Shown here: positions 39,013 to 50,102 of the stretch, piece by piece | Numbering within the stretch: position 1 is the stretch's first letter | Layout of the letters: every line of letters starts with the position of its first letter | NCBI GenBank assembly: GCA_944358875.1 | Contig: CALVRZ010000001.1 | Span: 20,214-84,213 of the forward strand | Direction of reading: 5' to 3' | DNA length: 64,000 nt | From: an uncultured Bacilli bacterium | GTDB lineage: Bacteria; Bacillota_I; Bacilli_A; RF39; UBA660 | Notes under the pieces: generated by a model | Seen by the model: only the letters and a program-made list of their open reading frames with translations | What the model was told of the DNA's origin: nothing | Databases searched by the model: none | Program-made: the position numbers and the translations under genes

Positions 39013-39555
39013 ATGAATGAACAAATAATTAATGTATTACAACTAGAACCAGAGCAATTTTTATCTTTAGTTTTCTTTGCTGTTTATCATGGAAAAATTT
39101 ATAGTTATATTAACGATGAAAAGTATGATGAACGTTATGTAACATCAAGGGATATTGATCGTTTTACATATATATTAGGGAAAAATTTTATTAAGTATGA
39201 GAAAAAGGAAATTGGGGTAACTAAACCTGATGCTATTGTTTATTTAAACTATGGGGATTTTGATAAGTTTTTTGAATATTTTCCTTTACCGGATAATGCA
39301 GGATATGGATATCGGATTAAAAAAGGATATAATGATAAAGATTCTTATTTAATTAGTTTAAAATTGGAAGAGTATATTTCCTCAATTGTTAAGGAACATA
39401 GTAAAGGGATTAGAATAAGCAATAATGAATTTCTTAGTAGATATTCTTTAAAGAAACCATTAGTTAAAAAACAAGATAAAAAGAAAAAGAAGCTTGGAAA
39501 GATAAGATTGCCTTTTCATTCATTAAAAAAGACAACTAATTATATCAAACATTGA
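39013..39555 (+). CDS. Hypothetical protein with a basic C-terminus
   Basis: RBS GAAGGAGGGG. No assignable motif. Confidence 0.4.
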   Translation: MNEQIINVLQLEPEQFLSLVFFAVYHGKIYSYINDEKYDERYVTSRDIDRFTYILGKNFIKYEKKEIGVTKPDAIVYLNYGDFDKFFEYFPLPDNAGYGYRIKKGYNDKDSYLISLKLEEYISSIVKEHSKGIRISNNEFLSRYSLKKPLVKKQDKKKKKLGKIRLPFHSLKKTTNYIKH

Positions 39556-39560
39556 TATAA

Positions 39561-40331
39561 TTAGTTGTCTTTTAGTTTGTCTGAAATGGTAATACCAATC
39601 GGGCAGTGGTCACTACCATAGATATGAGAATAAATATAGGCATCTATTAGTTTGGATATTAAATCTTGGGAAAGAAGAAAGTAGTCAATGCGCCAACCAA
39701 TATTTTTTTCACGGACGTTTTTCATGTAACTCCACCAAGTGTAAGCATCAGTTTTGTGGGGATATAAGTGACGATAACTATCAATAAAACCAGATGCTAA
39801 AAGATTAGTGAATTTTTCTCTTTCTTCATAGGTAAAACCAGCATTGCCAATGTTTTGTTTGGCATTTTTGATATCTATTTCTTCATGGGCAACGTTAAAG
39901 TCACCACAGACAATGACCGGTTTATTTTGCTTTAGTTTATTTAGATAATCTTTGAATAAGTCTTCCCATTTCATGCGATAGGGAAGGCGCTCTAAAGTTC
40001 TTTTGACATTAGGTACATAAACATTAACAAGAAAGAAATGTTGATATTCTAAAGTAATAACACGACCTTCATTATCATATTCGTCATTATTTATACCGTA
40101 AGTTACATTAAGGGGCTTGATTTTGGTATAGACAAGAGTACCGGAGTAACCTTTACGAAGTGCGGAATTATAGTATTCTAAATATCCTTCAGGATGAAAA
40201 TTTATTTGATCTTGTGTGGCTTTTATTTCTTGAAGACAAAAGATGTCCGCGTCGATATCGTTAAAGAAATTGCTAAAGCCTTTGTTTAAACAGGCTCGGA
40301 AGCCGGCGACATTCCATGATATTATTTTCAT
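39561..40331 (-). CDS. xth: Exodeoxyribonuclease III (AP endonuclease family 1)
   Basis: MKIISWNVAGFRA, LQEIK, GDFNVAHEEID, DHCPIG. Start set at the second ATG, which has RBS AGGAAGG 9 nt upstream. Confidence 0.85.
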   Translation of the reverse strand: MKIISWNVAGFRACLNKGFSNFFNDIDADIFCLQEIKATQDQINFHPEGYLEYYNSALRKGYSGTLVYTKIKPLNVTYGINNDEYDNEGRVITLEYQHFFLVNVYVPNVKRTLERLPYRMKWEDLFKDYLNKLKQNKPVIVCGDFNVAHEEIDIKNAKQNIGNAGFTYEEREKFTNLLASGFIDSYRHLYPHKTDAYTWWSYMKNVREKNIGWRIDYFLLSQDLISKLIDAYIYSHIYGSDHCPIGITISDKLKDN

Positions 40332-40418
40332 ATTAAGTTTCCTTCCTTTCACTACATTCGAGGGCGCATATAAGAATTAAGATTTTGAACTTTCTTTTAG
40401 ATTAATATTCTTTGATAG

Positions 40419-41195
40419 TTAGTCTAAGAGGGATTTTATTAATGTGTGCATACTTTTTCTTTGCTTTTTTTCAAGCTCTTCTTTTTGGTTTGGGGATAAT
40501 GGTACATTTCCTTTTAGATGGTCGTGGAAAGGACTTTTGATTTGTAAACTTGAGCTTGGATAGATATTACTTTCATAGAAATTAGTTGTTTGGATGGTAA
40601 AAGTTAAATAAGTAGCTAAATTGTTGGCTCTTTGAACTTTTTCATCTAAATCATTAAGATTATCAATAGTAGGTTTAATTAAACGAATGATATCGTCTTT
40701 GGTAATATTACCAAAGGTATCTAGATTGATATCTAAATCAGTAAGAAGATCTTGAATTGGTTTAGTATCTTTTATACTGATTTTTTCGATAAGATCTAGG
40801 AGTAAAATTAATTTTCTTTTGACAATAGCAGTATATTTTTTAAAGTATTCTAGGGTATAGGGATCAAAATCATATTTGGCTGCGATAATATGATCAACGA
40901 ATTCTTGACTTATACTTAAAGCTTTTATGTTTTGTTCTTCTTCTTGCCAATTAGGATTATAAAGATCTTGTTGTTTGGCTTCTATTCTTTTTTTGGTTTC
41001 AGGTTCTTCTTCAATAAATTTTTTTTCTAAATATTCTTTAATTTGTTCTTTAGTAACAGTTATTTTTTGATTATTGATATCTTCTTTTATTTGTCTAAAA
41101 GGTTTACCTGTAATATCTTCAATAATGGTAATAATAATTCTTGGATCATAAATTTTTTGATTAGTAAAATAGTTTTCTAAATTTAATTTAGTCAT
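40419..41195 (-). CDS. Hypothetical protein
   Basis: Long ORF. No assignable motif. Confidence 0.4.
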   Translation of the reverse strand: MTKLNLENYFTNQKIYDPRIIITIIEDITGKPFRQIKEDINNQKITVTKEQIKEYLEKKFIEEEPETKKRIEAKQQDLYNPNWQEEEQNIKALSISQEFVDHIIAAKYDFDPYTLEYFKKYTAIVKRKLILLLDLIEKISIKDTKPIQDLLTDLDINLDTFGNITKDDIIRLIKPTIDNLNDLDEKVQRANNLATYLTFTIQTTNFYESNIYPSSSLQIKSPFHDHLKGNVPLSPNQKEELEKKQRKSMHTLIKSLLD

Positions 41196-41229
41196 AAAAT
41201 ATTTATTTCCTTTCTTGATATATCATTAA

Positions 41230-41306
41230 TGGCGTTCACGAGGGGAGTTGAACCCCTGACCTTTCCCTTCGGAGGGGAATATTCTATCCAACTGAACTAC
41301 GTGAAC
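41230..41306 (-). tRNA. tRNA-Arg (anticodon CCG)
   Basis: Reverse complement folds as a cloverleaf GTTCACG/CGTGAAC acceptor, anticodon loop CTCCGAA, T-loop TTCAACT. CCA encoded. Confidence 0.8.
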
Positions 41307-41566
41307 ATAACTATATTATATCAATTTTATTATTTTTTGCAAAGGGAAATCTGGACTTTTATTAATTTAGATGGTATGATATTGATAGTAGATAATAAAT
41401 AATGAACGAAAAGTGAGGCAGGTAAGTGTGATAGTTTATGATAAATCTAATAAATATAGGGAAATGAGTGTAAATTTAAAAGAGCTTAGTAGAAATGAAT
41501 AACTTTTTACTAAGTTCTTTAATTTTAATAAAAAAAGCCTTGAAAATCAAGACTATATAATCTAAA

Positions 41567-41643
41567 TGGTCGGGAAGACAGGATTTGAACCTGCAACCCC
41601 TTGGTCCCAAACCAAGTGCTCTACCAAGTTGAGCCACTTCCCG
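41567..41643 (-). tRNA. tRNA-Pro (anticodon UGG)
   Basis: Acceptor CGGGAAG/CTTCCCG, anticodon stem CTTGG/CCAAG, loop TTTGGGA. CCA encoded. Confidence 0.8.
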
Positions 41644-41648
41644 ATAAA

Positions 41649-41725
41649 TGGTGGAGAATGAGGGACTCGAACCCTTGACCCTCTGCGTGCAAGGCAGATG
41701 CTCTAGCCAACTGAGCTAATTCCCC
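41649..41725 (-). tRNA. tRNA-Ala (anticodon UGC)
   Basis: Acceptor GGGGAAT/ATTCTCC including the G3:U70 identity pair, anticodon loop CTTGCAC. CCA encoded. Confidence 0.85.
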
Positions 41726-41764
41726 ACGTACCGTAATTTATGATACCTTTTCGGTACATGTTAA

Positions 41765-41793
41765 ATTATATCAATATTTATAGGTGATGTCAA
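41765..41793 (-). promoter_or_regulatory. Consensus promoter TTGACA-N17-TATAAT (minus strand) for the tRNA-Ala/Pro/Arg cluster
   Basis: Reverse complement reads GTTGACATCACCTATAAATATTGATATAAT. Confidence 0.55.
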
Positions 41794-41891
41794 CATAATT
41801 TTTTGTTTTTTTATAATTTTTTTTGTTTTTCTGTTAAATTCTATGATATATTGAATAAAATTATGATATAATGTTGAATGTGAGGTGCATT

Positions 41892-43334
41892 ATGAAAGAT
41901 AATATTAACAATAAAGAAATTACAAGTCGTGATGTTGATTTTGCTAAATGGTATACGGATGTTGTTAGAATGGCTAAATTAGCTACTTATTCTAATACCA
42001 AAGGATGTATTGTTTTTGAACCTAATGGTTATGCAATATGGGAAAAAATACAAAGTGTGCTCGATAGAATGTTTAAAGAAACAGGACATCAAAATGTTTA
42101 TTTACCTCTTTTGATACCTGAGAATTTGATGAAAAAAGAAGGTGAACTTATTAATGGGTTTGCACCTGAAGCTGCTTGGGTAACAATTGGGGGAAAAAAA
42201 GAACTTGATGAAAAGCTTTGTATTAGACCAACATCTGAGACTTTGTTTAGTGATTATTATGCTTCAGTAGTTAAGTCTTACAGGGATTTACCTAAGTTAT
42301 ATAATCAATGGTGCAGTGTTTTAAGATGGGAAAAAGAAACAAGACCTTTTCTTAGAAGTAGAGAATTTTTATGGCAAGAAGGTCATACAGTTCATGCAAC
42401 GAAAGAAGAAGCAGAGAGAGAGACAAGACAAATGCTAGATATTTATAATCGTTTCTTTCATGAATATTTAGCTATTCCTTCTATTATTGGGAAGAAGACT
42501 GATAAAGAAAAATTCGCGGGTGCTGATTATACTTATACGGTTGAATCTTTGATGTACAATGGAATTAGTTTACAATCAGCAACATCACATTATTTTGGAC
42601 AACGTTTTTCTAAAGCTTACGATATTACTTTTTTAAATAAGGATAATAAGTTAGAACATGTTTATCAGACTTCTTGGGGCGCTAGTACAAGAATGATTGG
42701 AGCATTGATCATGGTTCATTCTGATGATCGGGGCTTAGTTTTACCACCTAAGATTGCTTCGAAACAGGTTGTTATTGTTCCTATTAAGGATACGGATGAA
42801 GTAATGGAGAAAGCTAACTATTATGCTAATTTACTTAATGATAAGGGAATTGTTACTTATATTGATAATAGTAATAAGTCCGCAGGATTTAGATTTGCAG
42901 AAGCAGAAGTTAATGGTATTCCTGTTAGAATGGAAATTGGTCCAAGAGATTTGGAACAAGGTCAGGTTACTTTGGCTAGAAGAGATACAGGTGATAAGAT
43001 ACAAGTATCTATTAATGATGACATGGTTAGTACTGTTAGTAAATTACTTGATGATATTCAAAACAATTTATATAATAGAGCTCTAGAAAGACGTAATAAA
43101 ATGATATATACGGCTAAAGATATGGAAGAAGTTAAAAAGATTATGAATACCCAACCTGGTTTTATTAAAGCTATGTGGTGTGGTAGTGAAGAGTGTGAAC
43201 TTAAAATGAAAGAAATTAAAGGTCTTAAATCTAGATGTATTCCTTTTGAAGATGAACAAGAACATATTAGTGATACTTGTGTTTGCTGTGGTAAAAAAGC
43301 TAAAGAAATGGTCGTTTGGGGTATTCAATATTAG
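41892..43334 (+). CDS. proS: Proline--tRNA ligase, short archaeal/eukaryote-like type with C-terminal Zn-binding module
   Basis: Class II aaRS motifs (FRSREFLWQEGH, GASTRMIGALIMVHSDD), C-terminal CGSEECE...C..C. Confidence 0.9.
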   Translation: MKDNINNKEITSRDVDFAKWYTDVVRMAKLATYSNTKGCIVFEPNGYAIWEKIQSVLDRMFKETGHQNVYLPLLIPENLMKKEGELINGFAPEAAWVTIGGKKELDEKLCIRPTSETLFSDYYASVVKSYRDLPKLYNQWCSVLRWEKETRPFLRSREFLWQEGHTVHATKEEAERETRQMLDIYNRFFHEYLAIPSIIGKKTDKEKFAGADYTYTVESLMYNGISLQSATSHYFGQRFSKAYDITFLNKDNKLEHVYQTSWGASTRMIGALIMVHSDDRGLVLPPKIASKQVVIVPIKDTDEVMEKANYYANLLNDKGIVTYIDNSNKSAGFRFAEAEVNGIPVRMEIGPRDLEQGQVTLARRDTGDKIQVSINDDMVSTVSKLLDDIQNNLYNRALERRNKMIYTAKDMEEVKKIMNTQPGFIKAMWCGSEECELKMKEIKGLKSRCIPFEDEQEHISDTCVCCGKKAKEMVVWGIQY

Positions 43335-43345
43335 GTGAGAATAGA

Positions 43346-43795
43346 ATGAAGAATATGAAGGGAATATTTTATTTATTAAGCTTAGTTTTATTAATTGTTA
43401 CTTTTGGTTTATGTTCTTTTGAAGTTAGTACTTTTATTTTAGTTATGCTTAGTCCAATTGCCACTATTAGTTATTTATGGTTACCATCAGTAACTTTAAT
43501 GGTAGCAGTAATATTATTTTTGATAGGTTCATTTTGCTTTAATGGTAAAAAGCAAATAAAAAAGACAACAAGAATTGCAATTCAAAATAGTTGTATTGCT
43601 TATATGGCAGTTATGGTGCTTTCTTGGCTAGTAATGTTATTATATTTTATGGGAACAAATGATAGTACATTATTAGATAATTTAAGTTTTGCAACCTTAA
43701 TTGTAATAATGATTTTTGGCTTTTGGTTTATTATATCATCGGTGGTTCTTTGGTTGATTAATCGTGGTAGGAGTGTTGTAAGTAGAAGAAAATAA
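43346..43795 (+). CDS. Membrane protein (4 TM) of unknown function
   Basis: Hydropathy. RBS AGGTGAG. Confidence 0.4.
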   Translation: MKNMKGIFYLLSLVLLIVTFGLCSFEVSTFILVMLSPIATISYLWLPSVTLMVAVILFLIGSFCFNGKKQIKKTTRIAIQNSCIAYMAVMVLSWLVMLLYFMGTNDSTLLDNLSFATLIVIMIFGFWFIISSVVLWLINRGRSVVSRRK

Positions 43796-43901
43796 ATAAT
43801 AATAATCTTCCTTTAATGCTCTAGTTTAAAATTATGATGAAGATATTGTTTATTTAATATTATTATGATATAATTAGATTGTTAGAAATGGAGGCTACAT
43901 T

Positions 43902-44114
43902 ATGGAGATTGCAGTAATTATTGTATCAATTTTGCTTATAGCACTTGTATTACTTCAAAGTGGTAAAGCAGAGGCAGCATCACAAATTATTCAGGGTGGT
44001 AATGCTGATTTATTTGCGAATCGTAAAGAAAGAGGACCTCAGTTATTTATTACAAGATTAACGATGTTCTTAGGTTTTGTTTTCTTTATATTATGTTTAA
44101 TTATGTCAATATAG
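43902..44114 (+). CDS. secG: Preprotein translocase subunit SecG
   Basis: Two-TM 70-aa protein LLQSGKAEA...GG with the conserved secG-rnr-smpB gene order. Confidence 0.6.
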   Translation: MEIAVIIVSILLIALVLLQSGKAEAASQIIQGGNADLFANRKERGPQLFITRLTMFLGFVFFILCLIMSI

Positions 44115-44157
44115 CTTACTTATAGTAAGCTTTTTTCTGAATATGAGGGAGGATTAT

Positions 44158-46275
44158 ATGGAGAAAGAGATTTTATTAATATTGGATGATAAGAGTAATC
44201 CTAGTTTGGCTATTATGGATATTTATGATAAATTAGGACTTAAGACAACGGAAGAATTGACAGAGTTACAAGCTACATTAAATATGATGGTAGAAAATGG
44301 TACTTTATATTATAGTGATAAAAAGAAAAAATATATGTTACTTAAGAATAGTCATATGTTAAGTGGTAAGTTTATTATGAATCCAAAGGGATTTGGCTTT
44401 GTTGATATGGGAAGAGATACGAAAGATATTTATATTGGTGCTGGTAATATTAATGGCGCTAGAAATGGTGATACGGTTTTGATTGAATTAATTGGTGATA
44501 AGACAGAAGGTAAAATTATTAAGATAGTTAAAAGAGATATATCATCATTCGTGGGCGAAGTATACATGAAGAATAATAAATATTATGTTGATGCTTTGAA
44601 TAAAGATAGAACGATCGATATGGAAATACCTAAAGATAAGTTAAATGGGGCTGTCGAAGGTCATAAAGTATTGGTTAAACCTTTTAATGGTAGTAAATAT
44701 GTCGGTGAAGTGGTGGAAATTATTGGTCATAAAAATGATGTAGGGATTGATATTTTATCTTTTGTCTATGATCATGATTTTAGGCCTTACTTTAGTGAAG
44801 AAGTTAAAGAGGAATTAAAGAGTATTCCTAGTTCGGTCAGTGAAGAAGAGATGAAGGATCGTTTGGATTTGCGAGATGAAGTTATTTTTACGATCGATGG
44901 AGCGGATACGAAAGATATCGATGATGCGGTTTCTATTAGGAAAAATGATGATGGTACTTATGAATTAGGTGTTCATATTGCTGATGTTTCACATTATGTT
45001 AAAGATAATACGGCTTTGGGTGAAGAAGCTTATAATCGCGGTACTAGTGTTTATTTAGTTGATAGAGTTGTACCAATGCTTCCCCATCAGTTATCAAATG
45101 GTATTTGTTCTTTGAATGAAAATGAAGATAGACTTGCCATGTCATGTATTATGACCATCGATGGTAAGGGTAATGTTAAACATTATGATATTAGAAAGAG
45201 TGTTATTAGAAGTAGAAAGAAAATGACTTATGATAGTGTTAATCATTTACTAGAAGATAATATTATTGATGATGGATATCAAGAGTTTGCTAGTCATTTG
45301 ACTTTGATGAATGAATTATCTGATATACTTAGAAAAAAAATGATAAATAGAGGATATATTGAATTTGAAGATCCAGAAGCTAAGATACTGGTCGATGAGA
45401 ATTGTCATCCATATGAAATTAAATTAAGAGAACAAAGAACAGGTGAGAAATTAATTGAAAACTTTATGATAGTGGCTAATGAAACGGTAGCTAGTGATAT
45501 TTATTACAGGGGATTACCAGGTATCTATAGGGTTCATGATAAGCCTGATATGGAAAGATTACAACGCTTTTTAGATTTTATTGCAGCGAGAGGATATGTG
45601 GTTAAGGGTAAGAGAAATGAAAAAATGATGGCTAGAGATCTACAATATATGTTAGATCAACTTAAGGATAAACCAGAGAGTCGACTTTTAAATGAACTTG
45701 CTATTAGAAGTCAGAAGAAGGCTATTTATTCAGAAGAAAATATTGGTCACTTTGGTTTAGGTAGTAAGTGTTATGCGCATTTTACTTCTCCAATTAGGAG
45801 GTTCCCTGATTTAACTTTACATCGTTTGATTAAAGATTATAACGATAATTATAGTGATGAAGTTATTCGTCATTGGGAAGAAATATTACCGGAGATTGCT
45901 TTGCATTCTTCTAAAAAGGAACAAGATTCGGTGGCTTGTGAGAGAGATGTCGACAAGATGAAAAAAGCTGAATATATGGAAGATCATATTGGTGAAGTAT
46001 ACGATGGTATTATCAGTGGAGTGGCTGAGTTTGGCATGTTTGTCGAACTTCCTAATACGGTTGAAGGTTTAGTTAAGGCAAGCGATATTTCAGGAGATTA
46101 TTATGAATATGATAGCAGAACGATGTCATTAATTGGCGTAAATTCAAAGAAAAAATATACGTTTGGGGATGAGGTTAAAGTAAAAGTTGTGGGGGCATCG
46201 AAAGATACGATGAATGTTGATTTTGAGTTAGTAAAGGAGTTTAAGAAAAATGGCAAAGAAAAGAAGGAAAGTTAA
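44158..46275 (+). CDS. rnr: Ribonuclease R
   Basis: Cold-shock/OB N-terminus, RNB catalytic domain (FTIDGADTKDIDDAVS), C-terminal S1 domain (GEVYDGIISGVAEFGMFVEL). Confidence 0.9.
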   Translation: MEKEILLILDDKSNPSLAIMDIYDKLGLKTTEELTELQATLNMMVENGTLYYSDKKKKYMLLKNSHMLSGKFIMNPKGFGFVDMGRDTKDIYIGAGNINGARNGDTVLIELIGDKTEGKIIKIVKRDISSFVGEVYMKNNKYYVDALNKDRTIDMEIPKDKLNGAVEGHKVLVKPFNGSKYVGEVVEIIGHKNDVGIDILSFVYDHDFRPYFSEEVKEELKSIPSSVSEEEMKDRLDLRDEVIFTIDGADTKDIDDAVSIRKNDDGTYELGVHIADVSHYVKDNTALGEEAYNRGTSVYLVDRVVPMLPHQLSNGICSLNENEDRLAMSCIMTIDGKGNVKHYDIRKSVIRSRKKMTYDSVNHLLEDNIIDDGYQEFASHLTLMNELSDILRKKMINRGYIEFEDPEAKILVDENCHPYEIKLREQRTGEKLIENFMIVANETVASDIYYRGLPGIYRVHDKPDMERLQRFLDFIAARGYVVKGKRNEKMMARDLQYMLDQLKDKPESRLLNELAIRSQKKAIYSEENIGHFGLGSKCYAHFTSPIRRFPDLTLHRLIKDYNDNYSDEVIRHWEEILPEIALHSSKKEQDSVACERDVDKMKKAEYMEDHIGEVYDGIISGVAEFGMFVELPNTVEGLVKASDISGDYYEYDSRTMSLIGVNSKKKYTFGDEVKVKVVGASKDTMNVDFELVKEFKKNGKEKKES

Positions 46276-47494
46276 GAGAAAACTTAAGGTAGGAAGAATA
46301 ATAATTGCACTTACAATTTTGATTTTAATTATTTTAGGAATTGTTTTGGTTGTTGCTAAAGTTACTTCTAATGATCCTGAACCTAGTAAAGAACATATTG
46401 CTGATGAAACTAAGGAAGAAGTTACTTCTGTATCGATGATTATGGTAGGGGATGCTTTAATTCACTCATCTATTTATAAGGATGCGCAGGAGAAGACTAA
46501 TTATAATGGTTATGATTTTGCTTCAATGTTAACTTATATTAAAGATATTGTTTCTAACTATGACCTTGCTTATTATAACCAAGAAACAATCTTGGGGGGA
46601 GATGAGATTGGTTTATCTGATTATCCGACATTTAATTCGCCATATGAGTTTGGGGATGCAATGTTAGATGCTGGTTTTAATATGGTAAGTTTAGCTACTA
46701 ATCATACGATCGATAGGGGACAAGAAGCGGTAGAGAATTCTTGTGCTTATTGGAAACAACATGAAGATGAGGTTTTATATGCTGGTAGTTATTGTAGTGA
46801 AGAAGAACGTAATGAAGTTAAAGTTAAGGAAATGAATGATATTACTTATAGTATGTTATCTTATACTTATGGAACTAATGGAATACCTGTTCCTGAAGGT
46901 AAAGAGTATATGGTAAATGTATGGCCAACTGATTTAGCTATTAATGATCCTGATAGTGATGATGAATATCAAGCTTATAAGGAACAAGTTAAGAAGGATA
47001 TTGATGCAGTACGTGATAAAGTTGATGTTTTAATGGTAGCAATGCACTGGGGAGTTGAATATACCCATACACCAACGGCCTATCAAGAAGATATGGCTAA
47101 TTATTTAGCTAGTTTAGGTGTCGATATTATTATTGGTAGTCATCCTCATGTTGTCCAACCCGTTACTTGGATTGATGATACATTAGTTATTTATTCATTA
47201 GGTAACTTTATTTCGGCGCAAGATACAGAGATGGATTATGCTAAAATGGTGGGACTTATGCCATCTTTAACAATTACTAAGAGGACTAAAGGTGATGATG
47301 TTGATATTGAAATTAGTGATGTTAAAAATGATTTGATTTTCACATATTACAGTGGTTGGCGTAATTTTAAAGTTGTACCATTTGCAAGTCCTGATATTTA
47401 TGATTATATGAGTGATGCTAGTCGTTTGTATGATGAGTATAGTGCCGTTATTAAAGATATGGATGAGACGATGGTTGTCAGTGAATTAGGATAG
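46250..47494 (+). CDS. CapA/PGA_cap-family membrane-anchored metallophosphatase-like protein
   Basis: N-terminal [41 protein letters not shown]. Confidence 0.6.
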   Translation: MAKKRRKVKRKLKVGRIIIALTILILIILGIVLVVAKVTSNDPEPSKEHIADETKEEVTSVSMIMVGDALIHSSIYKDAQEKTNYNGYDFASMLTYIKDIVSNYDLAYYNQETILGGDEIGLSDYPTFNSPYEFGDAMLDAGFNMVSLATNHTIDRGQEAVENSCAYWKQHEDEVLYAGSYCSEEERNEVKVKEMNDITYSMLSYTYGTNGIPVPEGKEYMVNVWPTDLAINDPDSDDEYQAYKEQVKKDIDAVRDKVDVLMVAMHWGVEYTHTPTAYQEDMANYLASLGVDIIIGSHPHVVQPVTWIDDTLVIYSLGNFISAQDTEMDYAKMVGLMPSLTITKRTKGDDVDIEISDVKNDLIFTYYSGWRNFKVVPFASPDIYDYMSDASRLYDEYSAVIKDMDETMVVSELG

Positions 47495-47501
47495 TGATAA
47501 G

Positions 47502-47939
47502 ATGGAAATTATAAATCGTAAAGCACGTTTTGATTATGAAATTGAAGATACTTACGAAGCTGGAATGGTTTTAAAAGGAACGGAAATTAAGTCAATTAGA
47601 AATGGTAAAGCTAATATTAAAGATAGTTATGCCATTATTAAAAATGATGAAATATTTCTTTTGAACATGCATATTGCTTTATATAAGGAAGGTAATCAAT
47701 TTAATCATGAAGAGACAAGAACAAGAAAATTATTACTCCATAAGAAGGAAATTAGAAAGTTAAAGATAAAGATAGAAATGGAAGGATATACACTTGTTCC
47801 ACTTAAGGTTTATTTTAAAGATGGTAGAGCTAAAGTATTAATTGGTGTTGCTCGTGGTAAGAAGAATTATGATAAGAGAGAAACAATTAAGAAAAGAGAT
47901 ATAGAAAGGGAAATGCAAAAGAATAATAAGTATCGTTAG
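47502..47939 (+). CDS. smpB: SsrA-binding protein
   Basis: [31 protein letters not shown] canonical SmpB. Confidence 0.9.
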   Translation: MEIINRKARFDYEIEDTYEAGMVLKGTEIKSIRNGKANIKDSYAIIKNDEIFLLNMHIALYKEGNQFNHEETRTRKLLLHKKEIRKLKIKIEMEGYTLVPLKVYFKDGRAKVLIGVARGKKNYDKRETIKKRDIEREMQKNNKYR

Positions 47940-47951
47940 GAAGTGTTTTTA

Positions 47952-48650
47952 ATGGATTATGATTTTATTTCACGATATAGTTATCTTAAGAAGAATATTT
48001 ACAATATATTAGGTCCTTTTCTTGATAAGAAGGCTTTATGGGAGCAAACAAAAAGGGTATTTGACTATATTGATATTACGGATACGGAGTTAATTATTTC
48101 TGTTTTATCGATTCTTTTTGATAAGGGAAGATTAGTAGAGTTAAGAGGATATAAGTATATTGAAGATTTAAAAAGTAATAATGAATATATGAATAGAGTA
48201 AATGATAGTATGCCTATTTTTAGGGATAAGATGAAAAAAGGGGTTCAAGATGGAGAAAGAGACTTTTTTGCAAAGTATTTTTCACAAATGAATCCAGAGT
48301 TTGTGATGTCATTTATGAAGGAATATGAAGATGATACTCAGATAACAGAAGAACAATTTTTAATGGACTTATTTAGATATTTGCATATATTTACTGGTAA
48401 TAATTTAGTTTTGGAAACTAAGGGTCGGGCTATTATTGAATTTTATAGTAAAATAGCTAGAATAACAGGAAAAACTAATGATGAAATGTGTTATATATTA
48501 AGTGATTCAGAACTTAAATATCTACTTAGTAATGATAGAAATGCTTTTTTGAAGGGGATTCCTTTAGCATTTGATCTTGAATATATTATTGATGTAGCAT
48601 CAGAAATAGAAAAATGGGATATTAATGATGTTAAGAAATTGGTAAAGTGA
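47952..48650 (+). CDS. Hypothetical protein
   Basis: ORF with RBS AGGAAGTG. No assignable motif. Confidence 0.4.
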   Translation: MDYDFISRYSYLKKNIYNILGPFLDKKALWEQTKRVFDYIDITDTELIISVLSILFDKGRLVELRGYKYIEDLKSNNEYMNRVNDSMPIFRDKMKKGVQDGERDFFAKYFSQMNPEFVMSFMKEYEDDTQITEEQFLMDLFRYLHIFTGNNLVLETKGRAIIEFYSKIARITGKTNDEMCYILSDSELKYLLSNDRNAFLKGIPLAFDLEYIIDVASEIEKWDINDVKKLVK

Positions 48651-48654
48651 TTAT

Positions 48655-49374
48655 ATGGATGATAAAATTATAGAATTGAAAGAGATTATTGCTAATAGTA
48701 ATAATATTGTTGTTATGACGGGAGCAGGTGTGTCAACACTATCTGGAATTCCTGATTTTAGAAGTAAAGATGGTTTATATAATATGAAATATAAGTATGA
48801 TCCTGAAGAAATATTAAGTCATCATTTCTTTATGAATAATACGGAAGAGTTTTATGAATTTTATAGAGATAAGATGAATTCTTTAGATAAATTACCTAAT
48901 ATTCTTCATGAGTATTTGGCTAAATTAGAGGAAATGGGTAAATTAGAGATGATTATTACTCAGAATATTGATGGACTTCATACAAGGGCTGGGAATAAGA
49001 AAGTTATTGAACTTCATGGTAGTATTTTGAATAATTATTGTATGAAATGTCATAAGTATTATGATGCTAATTATGTATTTAATAGTGATGGTATTCCTAA
49101 ATGTTCTTGTGGAGGTATTATTAAGCCCGATGTTGTTTTGTATGAGGAAGCACTTAAAGAAGAAGATATTAATAATACTATTTCTTCACTAAATAAAGCT
49201 GATACATTACTAGTGATTGGAACATCACTAGTAGTATATCCAGCTGCTTCTTTTGTGGGCTATTTTAGAGGAAATAATTTAGTTATTATTAATAATGATA
49301 AAACGAATTATGATAAGATGGCTACTTTGGTTATTAATGATGATATTTTTGAAGTTACGAAAAAACTTATGTAA
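48655..49374 (+). CDS. cobB: NAD-dependent protein deacylase (Sir2 family)
   Basis: GAGVSTLSGIPDFRS, QNIDGLH, Zn ribbon CxxC...CxC. Confidence 0.8.
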   Translation: MDDKIIELKEIIANSNNIVVMTGAGVSTLSGIPDFRSKDGLYNMKYKYDPEEILSHHFFMNNTEEFYEFYRDKMNSLDKLPNILHEYLAKLEEMGKLEMIITQNIDGLHTRAGNKKVIELHGSILNNYCMKCHKYYDANYVFNSDGIPKCSCGGIIKPDVVLYEEALKEEDINNTISSLNKADTLLVIGTSLVVYPAASFVGYFRGNNLVIINNDKTNYDKMATLVINDDIFEVTKKLM

Positions 49375-49424
49375 AACTATTTACAAATTTAAAAAAAGTG
49401 TAGTATAATTATATTACCATTTTA

Positions 49425-49510
49425 TGCCGGCCTGGCGGAATGGTAGACGCGACAGACTCAAAATCTGTTACTAGCAATAGTGTGAGGGTTCAAGTCCCTT
49501 GGCCGGTACC
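49425..49510 (+). tRNA. tRNA-Leu (anticodon CAA), class II with long variable arm, preceded by an extended -10 promoter
   Basis: Acceptor GCCGGCC/GGCCGGT (G1:U72), anticodon loop CTCAAAA, variable arm ~16 nt. CCA encoded. Terminator hairpin at 49517-49545. Confidence 0.8.
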
Positions 49511-49569
49511 AGTAGAAATTAACTCCAAAATATTTGGAGTTTTAGTATATAATGAGAGGAGATTTTAAT

Positions 49570-49947
49570 ATGATAAGATTTTCAGTACAAGATTATTTAG
49601 ATGTTAAAAGTAATAAAAAGGATTGTCCACATCCTATTTTAACAGAAAGTTTAATTGATCAAGATAAAACAGGTAAAAGATGGACATGTTTTATATGTGG
49701 TCAAAGATTTGATAATACTTTGGAACATGAAATTGATCCTGATAGTAGATATGTTGTTTTAATGAATAGGGACTTAATGCCTAAAAAATATAGCTATTTT
49801 AGATCTTTAATAGAAGAAATTATATTAGAACATAAAGATCATCCTAATGTTGATATTGTTAGGTTATTAAGAGAATTTGATGACAAGGCTACTTTATCTG
49901 ACACTAATCAAAAAAATACATGTCTTAAAAAAATAAAGAAAAAATAA
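49570..49947 (+). CDS. Hypothetical small protein with CxxC-like pairs (CPH...CFICG)
   Basis: RBS GAGAGGAG. Confidence 0.4.
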   Translation: MIRFSVQDYLDVKSNKKDCPHPILTESLIDQDKTGKRWTCFICGQRFDNTLEHEIDPDSRYVVLMNRDLMPKKYSYFRSLIEEIILEHKDHPNVDIVRLLREFDDKATLSDTNQKNTCLKKIKKK

Positions 49948-50102
49948 TACCAGTTTATTAATTGGTATTTTTTTTAGTTAAGTTTATTGACAAATATATT
50001 TGTGTGTGTATTATATTTAATTCAAGGAGTGAAGTTAAATTTCTAAAAAAGTGATAAAATAAATTATTAACTAATTTTGTGTTAGTTGTAGAAAGGATGT
50101 GG

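Noticed and set aside
42823-43328. Internal plus-strand (42823-43086) and antisense (43083-43328) ORFs within proS
   Set aside because: Out-of-frame or antisense to a clearly conserved ProRS.
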